A stretch of 64,000 nucleotides of DNA. It comes from Iphione sp. A-MEVVRFRX5. Lineage: Eukaryota. The position numbers and the translations under genes are program-made. The stretch spans positions 67,704,001 to 67,768,000 of the forward strand of contig OZ320319.1 in the NCBI GenBank assembly GCA_976226885.1. Direction: 5' to 3'. This document shows, piece after piece, positions 45,301-57,499 of this stretch (its first letter is position 1; each line of letters starts with the position of its first letter). The notes below the pieces were generated by a model, which did not search any database, was not told the origin of the DNA, and worked only from the letters and a program-made list of their open reading frames with translations.

Positions 45301-48300
45301 TATCATTATTCATTCTAAAATTATTCAAAAAAGAAGAAAAAATAAAAATTTACAATTGGCTAGAATATAGGGTCGGTTGGGTTACCAGAAACAACTATCT
45401 TTTTGTTAGGCCTTATAAAGAGTACACATGTACCTAGACACATTTCCTCCTATGAAGAGGACATCAGTAAAACACGTACAGGGGATAAAGGAGTGTCAAA
45501 TAGGCCTTCAAAATACAACTGCCAATCGCGTCCATTAAATCTGCGAGGCTTCGCTGGTTTTCAAAGCTGGTGATGCATAGTTTAGTCTGAATGCTTTGTA
45601 TTTTATCTGTATGGTTTTTGTGCATCCACTACGCCCTGGTACATAATTTTCTTTTCTCTAGAGAGACATTATATATGTAAAACATCTAGGACTACATATA
45701 AAATATTGATTTATCTATGACGACTTCAGAACTTACTTCAGTTGGTCAAGAACATGGACAAGGTCTTCACCGATTTTCTGCATTGTGGGGAACACATATC
45801 TGCAAAGACGAACAAACAATGCTACTTCGACGATATAATAATAGCACATTTACCGAAGTACCGAAGAGAGGACAGATACCTATTTGGGTAAATGGAAAAA
45901 AGGAAGTAATACCTTGCCCTCAGCTATAGAAATGTTCTACAATGTGAAATATGGAGAAAGCCCAGTTGGCAGCAGAGACTAAACGAGGGGAAAGACCAAG
46001 AATTTGAAGACCCCAAAAGGTTGAAATACATAAATGACACCTTATGCAACAAACCCATGGGAGAGACGAAAACTGGTCAGTCCCAAGCTTGCTTTCCCAT
46101 GCGGGTGGTAAATCTACGTACGTTGAGGGCAAATCCGGGGCATCTGGCGTCTGGCCGGGGATGGTCACGTGCACCCATGTGGTGCGTTCTCGGATCTGGT
46201 GCATCTTGGGATGCTCTACGAAGTCCATATATTGTGTGTCTGAAAGAAAAATGCAGTGGTACCACCATTAACGAAGAAAACAGATTCCATCTCATCACCA
46301 TAATTATATGGTCAGAATCTTCATTATTAGAGGCAGAATGAGTCTACCTGATCAGAACAAATGTGCCCCTTGCATATTCTACGGTCAAAATGAAACGTTT
46401 GTATTTTAATGTGCAAAGATGATGAAAGATAACGTTAACATCAAAATACTATGTGGAAATATGTGGTAAATTGTCCACTTTACATCAGTGTCACCTTGTG
46501 GACACTAGAATAATCTGAATAAGACTTACAGCGACGGGCATTTCTAACGGATGGAGATTGTTTTAAGGCATTGTTACATATCTCCCTATTGGGACAAACA
46601 GTGCAAAAAGGGACTGTTCAGAAAGGAACAGCCAGTACAAAAAGGCCAAAAGGCATTTTCAGTTCTATTCCTGTCTGTGCCTGAAGAATTCGTGTAGAAC
46701 CATGGTAGTTGACAAGGTTTGAAGGTTTTTATTTAGCCATCTCCGTTTAGACAATACAAAGATTTTCAGGTTGAACTTTTTGAGGCCTAAGGTACATATT
46801 CAGAAAGACGTCCTAAGATATGACTAAATGATGATACAGAAGATTTCAATTGCTGGCTAAAAGAACAAAATTTAATTTCTGAGCAAGGCAGTCAGATGCC
46901 TACGTTGATATGATGTGTAGACCTACCTACACAAGGTAAATGGGCCATTTCAATAAGTATCATAGATAACTAGGAGTAATATCGCTGGATCTGATGTGGG
47001 TGATAAGGTGGTGGGCATACACAATTACAAGTATATGTATTGTACATGTATATGTAAATAGAGCACTGGGTATTTACCGGAGCAGATATTTTGTGCTTTA
47101 GTGTAGCGCATAGAACAAAGAGGAAAAACTAAGAGCATACTATATTGTTCCCTAACTTTAGCCTCTACTGTCGGTTTCAGGAGGGGTGCAAGTCGGTCAG
47201 GATCCTAAAAGGGATGCTGGGGCTGTCACAGACATCACCAGTGAATGTGAGAGATATAGCTGCGAGTCTGATCATACTAACTCATACTAAATTCTCTTTG
47301 GATTTGTCCATGTTGACTAAGGTCAGTGTGTAGGTGAGCCACAGGGGACTCAGATCACAGCGAGTTATCTCAGGCAATCGTGCAGCAGAAAGTCAAAGGA
47401 AGGGATAAGACCAATGTGTTCCATACTCGATCATGGTGGACAATTGGTTAAAACTATCAATACTGTAAGAATACTTCTGCATTGTGTCACTACATAGTGC
47501 TCAGTGGTAAGTGCACTGTAGGGTGGGTTTGTGGGCGCAGTACTTAGTGACCTATCCTATGTATCTTGGTTTGGTTACTGACATTGGGTAGTCCAGTCCG
47601 CCTTACCAGGTGATTGACCAGTGCATCGGTATCAACATTTCAGGGTAGAGATTCAAGCAAACATTCTCATTCTTGCCTGTGGTATTCAAGGCTACTATAT
47701 GGACATGCGACCTGATTCTGGTGATAAGTATGATGACAAAATATGACTCTCCGTTTATCGTATCCAATCCTTCTGATTATTGTATATTATCAATGCTGAT
47801 AAATTATGAAAAGGAGCAAATACGATGCTAAAAGCCATAAAAATCAGCAAGAATCACCGGAAAAATTATGAAGAAGGGCAAATATGATGCCAAAAGCCGT
47901 AAAATCACTGGAACAATTTAAGACAAAGATGAGGTATTTAATTATGCATAATTGTGCAGAAATCATCTTGAAAAGTAAAGAAATATGAAGAAATAGCAGT
48001 GCAAAGCAACGTATGAGCATGTGTGAATGGAACATTATCAGGCATGTAACAAAAATGAACAACGCACACCACACATAGTCACGCATACAGGTGGTTACAC
48101 ACGTAAGAAACACCCCACACTGATAATTCTTGTGCCTATAAATATGTACATCTACACACTGCTACGCATCCGCATAGTTCCAGCTTAATGGAAACCGGGT
48201 CTTACGCAGGTTATGGATATAAATGTCTAGCTATATTGTGGCATTCTGACAGAGAGCTATATACATGTATACGGATAAGGCTTAGCAGGGATTCATTCAG

Positions 48301-48762
48301 ATCCAAGGGTTGGCTGTATTTCTAGTATTTGCCTTAAGTTGCTGTGTGGGCAGAATCTGAATTCTTTATAAAGAAGCTTCGTTACCAGAGGAGAGGAATA
48401 CATGAAACTGTACATTGAGTACTTCCACTTTGTAACTTTGAACACACATGTACTTTGACGGCTCTATTGACAAGTATAATGTAAATAGAGGGAGCTACAG
48501 TAACGAAGTGATGAGTAGGAAGGCTAAAAATAAAATACATGTAGTAAACATCTGGGGGTGGGGGAGTCTCAGGATAAGGAAATATCGTTTCACGATTCCA
48601 TTAGAATAGGTTTCAATGGTCATAAAGAAATGGAGATTTTTGTTGATCAAATGTCTGTACCATTCTTGGAAAAAAAAACACAGGAAAAGATGAAAAGCAC
48701 TCACAATCGCATCCTAAATCGTGGACGGTGAGAATGACAACGTTTCCACTTGTCCGCTTCCC
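36046..48762 (-). CDS. NDRG-family protein (non-catalytic alpha/beta hydrolase fold; ZK1073.1/CG2082-like type), 5'-partial. Exons: 48762-48705, 46239-46122, 45799-45737, 43957-43897, 43647-43561, 43313-43236, 38185-38070, 37581-37540, 37169-37022, 36746-36695, 36350-36046
   Basis: All junctions are GT-AG with matching phases; the total of 1128 nt is one open frame. Motifs: ILTVHDLG, HV.IPGQ...APDLP..YVFPTMQ, CFGEGAGANILARFA (Gly at the nucleophile position), HCTGTTAG, MNPTAEAYL.LH, NPKNL..FV..F..RT, PVLLITG, NVLEEKPEK...YFLQGLGL, RSMSMEEYD.P. Confidence 0.95.
36128..36232. repeat. 54-bp (18-codon) tandem duplication in the NDRG-like tail
   Basis: GTTACCTTTG recurs at 36131 and 36185. Encodes CSPISGSPPSVPKVTPTT / CSPISGSPPSVSKVTSII. 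Confidence 0.9.
36695..36746 (-). CDS. NDRG-like exon (PEKLVECFQYFLQGLGL)
   Basis: TTTCAG acceptor, G|GTTAGT donor, 52 nt. Confidence 0.93.
37022..37169 (-). CDS. NDRG-like exon (IPVLLITGAKSVF...IANVLEEK)
   Basis: TACAG acceptor, AAG|GTGAGT donor, 148 nt. Confidence 0.93.
37540..37581 (-). CDS. NDRG-like exon (RTNICTPDNVKKL)
   Basis: TCTTCTTCCAG acceptor, AA|GTAAGT donor, 42 nt. Confidence 0.9.
38070..38185 (-). CDS. NDRG-like exon (FHKAEDKQQLK...NPKNLKKFVEAFL)
   Basis: TTGCAG acceptor, AA|GTAGGC donor, 116 nt. Confidence 0.9.
39543..39554 (-). CDS. Candidate 12-nt in-frame microexon of the NDRG-like gene (KVDE)
   Basis: Long pyrimidine tract, then TGC, then ATATAG|AAAGTGGATGAG|GTAAAG. 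Lies in a phase-0 intron. Confidence 0.5.
43236..43313 (-). CDS. NDRG-like exon (VINWKLDNIGMNPTAEAYLVLHRYGS)
   Basis: TTTTTGAAAG acceptor, TCG|GTGAGT donor, 78 nt. Confidence 0.92.
43561..43647 (-). CDS. NDRG-like exon (IAHTERVLGVCLMHCTGTTAGFLESLKDK)
   Basis: TTTCGCCAG acceptor, AAG|GTACCA donor, 87 nt. Confidence 0.92.
43897..43957 (-). CDS. NDRG-like exon (LKDVVCFGEGAGANILARFA)
   Basis: CACTTCAG acceptor, GCA|GTAAGT donor, 61 nt. Confidence 0.95.
45085..45412. mobile_element. PIF/Harbinger-like MITE with intact TTA target duplication
   Basis: TTA|GGCCTAAAAAAGTTCTGTGTTTCCGGTAAC ... GTTACCAGAAACAACTATCTTTTTGTTAGGCC|TTA. Confidence 0.8.
45737..45799 (-). CDS. NDRG-like exon (YVFPTMQKIGEDLVHVLDQL)
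   Basis: TCTTTGCAG acceptor, AA|GTAAGT donor, 63 nt. Confidence 0.93.
46122..46239 (-). CDS. NDRG-like exon (TQYMDFVEHPKMHQIRERTTWVHVTIPGQTPDAPDLPS)
   Basis: TTTTTCTTTCAG acceptor, AC|GTACGT donor, 118 nt. Confidence 0.93.
48705..48762 (-). CDS. NDRG-like exon (GKRTSGNVVILTVHDLGCD)
   Basis: TTTCTCTCTATTCCATAG acceptor, T|GTGAGT donor, 58 nt. Confidence 0.92.
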
Positions 48763-51700
48763 CTATGGAATAGAGAGAAAAAAAAGCATTTATTGTACTT
48801 TTTGAATATCAGTGTGAAGGACTCTTTCATAAATGCACAGGTGTTTAGGGGGGGCAAACAATAATTCTCTACAAATTATGGCCAGCTGCAAGGAGCGTCT
48901 ACCCCTGGGAGTATCTGATACCGATCTGAAATGTCCTAGAATATTATCAATCAGATAGGTCTGTGATAATAAAAAACGTGTTTGTTGAGATAGGTCTTGA
49001 TACAGGACTGACTTAAAGTGCTACATGTCGCACGAATAACATCTTTTTTTGCAAAGTGAATTATCTGTATATCAGACTGATGCTTGGGCTAAAATATCAC
49101 ATGCAACTAGACAGTAATGCAATTCTATGAAATATTGACTGAAGGAGACCTGGCAATAGATGTCCATTGTTAAGTTGCTAATAATTTAGACCACGTAAAT
49201 AGCTACTGGGACTTTGCCAATTGATGCACGCCCCTTAACGTGAAACTACGAGCAGTGCACACTAAATTGTGCACAAATGGATATGTACACATGGGTGCAT
49301 CGGACAAAATCCGGTTACTTCGTACCATCCATGTAGAAAGTACCATGTGCAATGCACCGTGCGGCACGCTTCTAATGGATACCAGGCCTAAAACCAACTC
49401 CGTGTCGTGCTCGAATGTATTTTTGGACAAAATCACCAATTTTGTGCGAGCTCTCTCGCCTACGTAAGTTGGATCTACTTTCTATATGAGATATCTCATT
49501 TATGTCACTGCAAAAAAAACCCACTGAGTCTATGACATGTCTGTACTGGTTCTTGTTAGTGGAGCGTATAGATAAATGTATTATGAGGCAAATAAGCACT
49601 TTTGTTATTTCGCATCCACTTTTTCGACGATTTGCTCTCAACCTCATCTCGCATGAGTGACAGTTTATATCCACCATGGTAACAGTAAACCAACCAACAC
49701 AAAAGCGTCGGGAATTGATAAATTATCATGTAAATACAACCATTTGCTCAGCTTCAACAATAAGCCTCGCTGTACAAATACGTGCACGTTCGTAAATGCA
49801 CGTGGACTTTAGAAAAATACGACGTTCTCTTTAAATAACAGACATTCGATCTGTATTTATTAGCTTTCATACTATCATCTTTTGTGACTGTTTCGAGATG
49901 ACATAGTGTTAACTACCTAACTAGCCTAAGAAAAGGCGCGACTGTTTAACGAGAACCTAGACAAAGGTACTTGAAAATGATCGCCTAGATTTCAAATACA
50001 GATGTTTTCTCCATCATTGCTATGACCATGGTATTTGCTACACCTACTCCAAAACTTCCCCAAACATGTTCGGTTTGCCCCTCCCATGTCCACAATCCTG
50101 GTTTGGCGGCTCACAGCGAGCATAGCGTTGGCGAAACACGCTGCAGCAAACGAAGCCGTGATGGTCGCAGCAAAGGCTGAACAAGGTTATCCCCTTTCCG
50201 CGTACACAGTACAAGAAGCCCCCTTATCGTGGTCTCCTCCATTGGGGATTTAGCAACAGTCACGTCGATAGTGGCAGGCAGCTTGCCAGCTACATTCGCA
50301 ATCTTCACGGCGGCGGCCCATCTGGAAGTTATGGTTCTCGTCCACGCAGCACAGTCTACAGCTGTTCTTTGTCTTTTTGAACAGTAGCCCTCCCTGCCGT
50401 GAAAGACAAACGGAACGATTTCGTCAGACCTGAGGCTCGTTGTATGTTAGGGAGAAATACTGGGTACCATCATAGTCTTTCTAACTGGAGGGACGGCCAT
50501 AACCAAGGCTTCGGAAAGGTAATCTAATGTGAATGCGTAAGTGATGAAGTATCTAGTTTCACTGACTCCCTGGGCGCCCGTTTCCACCATACAATATATA
50601 TACATGTATATATATATGTAGAGGAGCAATTTAGAGGTGCTCAAAGTAGACCGGCTCGGGCCTGTTTTTGTTTAGATTGAGAACAGGTGGAAAAACTGGT
50701 TGATGGGGTTGAGCTGCCTAAGGTCATGTCCGCTTTGACAATACCGGTGCATGCTCACACGCACGTCTGTATCAAGGCACCGGTAGATTATGGACAAAAC
50801 TGCTGAGTCGGCAAAGTCCCCAAGGGTCAGAAGGGCGAACTAGGACGGACTTACACTGATATGTAGTGAAAGAGACAGTAGAGTCTACAACTTAAAACCC
50901 ATGTGCGTGTCGTTTCATGACCTCGGCGGCGTGTTTTCAATAATGTTTTACTATAATAATCAATAGGGGTGAATCCATGCATGTGTGTGACATGTCTTGT
51001 GCAGTGTTTTCAGAGTGGGAAACTTTCCAATGTTCATGGTCGTACACATAATTGTGTTCAGGCATGACTTACATGGGAACTGGGGTGATACAAGGTTCAA
51101 TGCTAGTTCCATTATTATTTGACCAAAATATGTCAACTTTTCACAGTAACACAATCATAAAAACATGGCACATGTTACATGTGTGGATGGATCTTTTTAG
51201 CATAACGTCAGAAAACCATATGAAACAAGGAGGGAAATGGAGGACAGATCAGATAAGCAGTTTGAATGCTATAACAGACCCAACAACCTCGAGAATATCG
51301 ATCACTATGGGCTATCTGTTTCAGTTTTCTTTGCAAAACAGCTTAAACTTGGATAACGGGTCCAAACATTCACCTCAATGGGTTAACATATTGCCAGTCC
51401 TACCAGACAGACTTTGTTCAAGATAAATACTGACATCTGATTTGCTGTTCGCATGTTTTCGATATGTATATGCGAATCTCTCTTGCTGTTTAATACATCA
51501 CTTTCTGACACCGTTCATTGAATAAGAGGTTTACTTACGCTTGATGTAGTTTGCTTCACCCTCGGAGGGTTTTGTTAAACGGAGCCGAGACGAAACGGTC
51601 TGATACATTATAAAAGCGATGCCGGTGTAAAGGAAATCTAATTCGTACATGCCAGTTGAGGTAACAACTAAAGTCGACATCCAGTCGATACCCTCCCCCA

Positions 51701-53384
51701 CCCCAACTTCGCCTCTGTCCATGCTTATACGCCTCTATCTAGGTAGTACTATGTAAAGTAGAGACACGTTTACTGCAACGAATGGTGTGCCCCTGCATCC
51801 CTTTAGACGACTATTCCTCTGATTTGCATATGGATATAAGGAGGGTTTATTCAGACGGCACAGTCCTGGGAGTGCTGGGGATGTTCACATGAACAAAGTT
51901 GCGTCACTTTATTCTGATCACAATCAGACTTTGCCCATCTTCCATTATTTTGCTACCATATATTGAAGTCCATTGTATTACTTATGGAACGTGTAATAAA
52001 GATGCGTCTTTGTTATTTTAAGAGTAAGTGTTTTGTTTAATTTTTTCTTGGTCTTATAGGAATGATGATAACACGTTTTAGTTTTTAGCTACCGTACAGA
52101 ATTACCTTATGTAACCGACAGGTATAATTTAGATTAATTAGTTCGTCTGCTAACTGTACCGCACATAGAAATTATTGCTGCTGGACAGTCCAAGTGTTCA
52201 GTATTTGTTCATACTTGAAGTAATGAAGACAAGTTCAGCACTGCAGTTAGTGCGCATGTGTATACACTGTAATCGATACAATTCTCTGTTAACAAGAGCG
52301 GTAATAGCCTCGACTTTTACTGATTTGCCACAATATTTTCAGCCAATTACGTAGAAGCCAGTGAATCTGCCATGTTCTTATTTACATCTTAACGTAAGCC
52401 CAAAAATATATAAAATAACACCAATATGCCAAACAATTGCCGGTTTGTAGAATGTTCGCTCAATTCAGATTCAACTGCTGTCTTTCAATAGTAGGAGATG
52501 TGGACAGACCACTTTACTGGTTAGATAAGTTGGAGAACTACGCAGACCGACGTGATCCTTTAATGCTAAACTAGGATAGTGGGTTGTCAAAGGCAGCATT
52601 AATCTTTGTTGGTTCTCGCTTTGTTCCATTTTCTCTGCAGCAGACACTAAGTAATAAGTAGATAATGGCTGATGAGTGTATATGTTAAAACTGACTGGAT
52701 GGAAAGAAAAAGACAAACAAGACAAAGCTACTCAAATCTAAAAGTGGTCAGGTCACCAACATCTCTTTCACATCAAAATAGGACTATTTTTTCCTATCAT
52801 GTCATGGGTAGTCCAACACTAACATCAGCTGAGTAACTCTGTCCTTGTGAAAATGATATTAGTATATTATGCTCGGACTTCATATGACAGATATACACTG
52901 TATAGGAACAACCGCCGATAATTGTTTATTTATCTTTTCTTGGGATGCTATATTCATGGTATAGCTTGTAAGCACAACCGATTATTCGTCGTACATACAC
53001 GTCTATAAACATGAAGCAATACTGGGGGAAAATGACAGAAGTAAATAGCAGCGTGCAGCATCACAGGGTGTGGTTGTAAGCACATTTTGCTGCGGTCACC
53101 CTAAGGATCTTCGTTAAAGGTTAATTAAAGCGAGAGCCTCTTCGTGAACTTTAGAATGTCATCTTTGCAAGTGGATGGGAGATAATTGATACACGGTGCT
53201 TTTCGACAGGCTGGGGTAGGGCCGTCTCATTTGTCGAGGAAAAACTCGCCCGTTCATGATAACAAATAAACAAGCAGCTATGCGTCTGTAAGAAAAGGTG
53301 CACAAAAAGGAAGCAAGTCGTACACATGAAGAAAATTGGAGAAGTGGCGCTGGATAGTAGGAAGCACCAAATGAATAGAAAAGC

Positions 53385-53395
53385 GAAGAGAGAGA

Positions 53396-53466
<71 letters not shown>
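53385..53466. repeat. (AG)n microsatellite
   Basis: Direct reading of the sequence. Confidence 0.95.
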
Positions 53467-53468
<2 letters not shown>

Positions 53469-56400
53469 GTGACAGAGAGAAGTATGAACTGTATGTAACA
53501 TGGTGGTAGCAGTGGAAGCAGAATTGGCAGCCTCACAAATACATGGGAAAAACATAGCTGCGGCCAAACCACACATGCTCTTGAATAAGCCATGCCTGTA
53601 GTCTCAAAGGAAACGAGATGATGGCCTAATCAAAGAACACATTATGTCCAATGGTGTTCTGCTCAGCGCCGTGGCCCGACAGCGAAAAAACTCTACAGCT
53701 GCCAGCTCAACATAGCACTAGCGCCAGATTTGGATATCAAAAGGAAGGGACATGCAACCGGTTTCAGTTGTTTCGTGATCTCCCGCGAAAAGTTTAACTG
53801 TTAAGCTGGATAACATGCATCCTTGAAGCTCTGTTAAAGAGGTGTGATTTACATGGAAACAGCTTGACTGGTTGATGTCTGGGGCGTCTATACCATCGAT
53901 TTCGGAGCTATATACCGTTCCTATAGAGTGTACTTATTGTTTAACGAGAACCCGTGGACGATTCACAATAACATCTCACATCCCTGTCGGCGCATTCCTG
54001 AACTATAATTCAACTCGCAACCCCTCTATTTGAAGATATCTCTTTAAACCAAACTCCTGAGTTTAATATACTTCATTGACCTGCACGTTAAGAATATTTC
54101 TACGAGAGGCAGTTGTTACAGTTATACCAAAAGATGACGCAGGTCTAGGTGAAGGAAGCAGAATTATGATTGCTCATGGCGTGAGTTGGCTCCAGCGCGA
54201 GGCGGTTATGAGTTGGCAATGGCACCAATCATCCTGCACCTGCATGTTCCGTCCCTTTAACCACTCGTATAACATTGACGTACATCCAAGGGTGCAAGAA
54301 CGTCAGTACCACCTATACAAGTGACATTATTATCCGATAATAGTGCTTGACAGTAAAGAACTGGAAGGTATTAATGTTGTACAATCCACTGTGAGACAGC
54401 TTCAAAACAACTGTACTGTCTTTTTCCTAGGCACTTGACATGTAATTTGATTATCTATAGCATGTATTAAAACGATATTAATTTAAAATATTGCTCAAAA
54501 CGAATATATCAAATAGCATGTAGACAGGATATATTCGAAAAACATTAATCTATTGTTATTCTGGCCTACTCTACAATGTATAGTTGAAATATTCATTGAA
54601 TCCCCTCCAGAGATGGAAGCCCAGGCTTTGTATTTCTAGTTTACCCGAGAAGAGCCTTTTTCTACATATTCATTAATATTTCACTCGTGAAAATTAGCAG
54701 ACTAGTCAAAGCTTAAATATTTCAATTCCGTAGCTGTGTCTTTGCAATACATTCCCATCACTCGGTAGCTGCACATATCTAATTCGAAATAAGCCAAAAT
54801 ATGTTGGGGCAGCGGGTGTGGGAAGGAGGGGATTGCCAATGGGTTTTAAATGTATCGCGTCGTAAACATATATTTGCTAGACTGGAATGTTGGGTTGAAC
54901 TGAATACAACTCGGTCTGACGTCCTCTCTACACCTTTTTTACGCCATATGACGTAGGAGGATATGAGAAGATTGCATTGTCCCTAGTAGTACAATGAAAT
55001 GGGCCGCTGTGTCAAGGAGCTGGAGAATATAGCCATGTCAAGGCTGCATCGTAATGCACCTTTATGGCTGTCAACCGAAGAAAACACACACCGAAGGCAT
55101 CACTGGTAAGCCTTGACATAAAATTTCATATAAAATTTCTCTTTGGATGTTTACAATTATCAGGATACATGATTCTGCAACCCCCACAAAACTGATTCTG
55201 CAATAAAGTGCACTTGCGTGTTCCGTCTTAACTATCGATGCATTTGACTCTCTGGAAACACCCACCTTTCGGACTTGTGTCGATATTGGTGTGATACATT
55301 CTCATTCCTACTGAAGCGATGTTGTTCTCTAGCAGAGTGCTCTTCGCTCCCCCAGAATGATCAATACACAGCGCGGTCTGGGCGAGATTAAAACATCCAC
55401 GTACGCCCTGAATTTTCAGTGACCCATATCACCACTGCAGCTTTCCAACGTGTTTGCGCGTGCGTTTCCCAACTGTTTATCTATAATTATTCTCGTCAGG
55501 TCCACAAACACAGAACAGACCACACACAATTGCCATCTGTAAAGTGATCCTCTGTAAATAGCATGTAAAAGAATTGTTGACGCATTGTTCAAGCGACGAT
55601 GAGTTCGGAGGTCTGCAGTTCTAGGCTGGGCCTACCGCTTTGCATTGTTATCATTTGCATAGAGGGTGTGCTTTTGTGAAGCGGAGGGATCATGGGTTCA
55701 GCCGACCGTGCTCGATTTAGATTGGATACTGTGATAACGCTGATTTCAGCAAGGCATCTGTCAATGAAGTCCTATACCCAGTCCACGTAACCCTTGGCAA
55801 AGGGCACGAGGGGCTCGTGAAAGAAGTGTCTATAGATCACTGGCTGCTCTCTGGACAGTCCTTCCGGGCTGCAGTATTGACCATGGTATTAAGGACGCGC
55901 TCGGTCGAGCGGGGGGGGGGAGAGTGGTCAGGACTAACGCACCATGATATCTACCTCTCGTGGCCCTAGACCGGTGGGGGGTCAACCCAAGAATACACAC
56001 ATCAGGAATGCGAGCAGGAGAACGCCACAACGAGTATGAGGCACAAAATAAAGAAAGGGAACTTAGGCGGATTTTCCATAGACACGTATTCATGCATTTG
56101 GACAATGATCCAGGTTGCAGGATTCAACTCAAGGCTGAATGACACTCAATGACTCCCAGGAGATTAGGTTACTGAGGCGTTGTTGAATTCTATTGCTTTC
56201 ATGCATCCGTATGCGAGGAAACCTATAAAATGTTGGGTCGTCATCAAGGATATGCATTTGTAAGCTTTATGCCAAGACACATGGGTATGGCATATTTGGT
56301 CTGTCACATATCTTGAGCCTACACATCCCAAAGCGTGAAAACAGGTACATAGGAAAAAAACGCCTTATTCTGGAGGTAGGAATTATCGTAAATTTTACAT

Positions 56401-57499
56401 GTAACCTCCGTTATGAATGCTCCGAACGATCAAAGCAAAAAAGGTAGTGTTCATGCATCCTTCAGTTTTAAATTTGTACTTCTCGAGGTCCGTTTGATAT
56501 ACACTTCGAAACGCGTTTCTCTGGCAAAACTAGCTAAACATGTGCAAGAGTATACAGTGACACATACAACAAATTCGTGTACATGTACATGTATAGTACA
56601 TAGCACAAAAATATCTAATTCAAGAAATACCTTCACTAGGTTAATGGCATGCTGGTTCCGAAAAGCCCAGACCACAGCTATTGTCGCTACATGACGCTGT
56701 TTTCTTGTTTTACTTCGGCCAGGTGCGAGTAGACTGGGAAAAAATCTACATTTTAAACACTTGAGCGGTGAACGCGATCAACTAGATCGGCACATCGTAC
56801 AACTATCCTTCAATTTGGCAGAGTAATTTGGGGGGAATGGAGCCAATTTATTGACATTCCACTATAAAAATCCATGGAAACGTTTAAACGTTAACTCTAA
56901 ACGTAAACACATCCCCTCGGCATGTAAAACGCAAAAAGGAACATGTATTATTTTTTCCATATTAACGGGCGCTGGTGTCAGAACCTGGAGCCAGTTCATT
57001 ATTTATATCCATATAGAGGGAAAGGGCTGACCGATCGATGAACACGCATTTCTAAACTACTCCCTGGCAAACCATATTGATTTGAACCCAACCTCCATCA
57101 GAGGGCATTCATAAGAATGAAAAGCCGGTTTTTAGTCTGAGTCAGCAAATCGGAGCGCATGCCTAGATGCCGCCCATGAAGCGCCTATCACAGCCGGAGA
57201 GCGTTCGTAAACTGCACTCATCTCCTCGACGTGTTGGAGGACCTGTAGAGTACGAGCTCCTACAGGCTGCTTGGTTGCTCCACCGATATAACCCATATCC
57301 TGGCGGTCAGCCCAGGCCTCTAGACGCGCCTCCCTGCTCCCATCCATTGGACGTTTACCTCAGCCGGCCCCTTGCGTTGAATACGGGTCGGAGTCCGGCC
57401 CTCCGCTACCCACCCAGCGGTCTCCCTGTCAAAGGACGGACCGTTCCCGTTGCCACGGCCCTTGCGTTGCCATGGCAACACGGCGAGATGGATGAGAAC

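Noticed and set aside
50845-50880. Minus-strand pyrimidine tract, CAG, one base, then GTAAGT (resembles a recursive splice site or 1-nt exon)
   Set aside because: Does not match the YAG|GT recursive-site consensus and would shift the frame. No supporting evidence.
53151-53593. Long ORFs with LSLSLS runs (also 10903-11088, 23267-23523, 3820-4110)
   Set aside because: Artefacts of translating (CT)n/(AG)n microsatellites.
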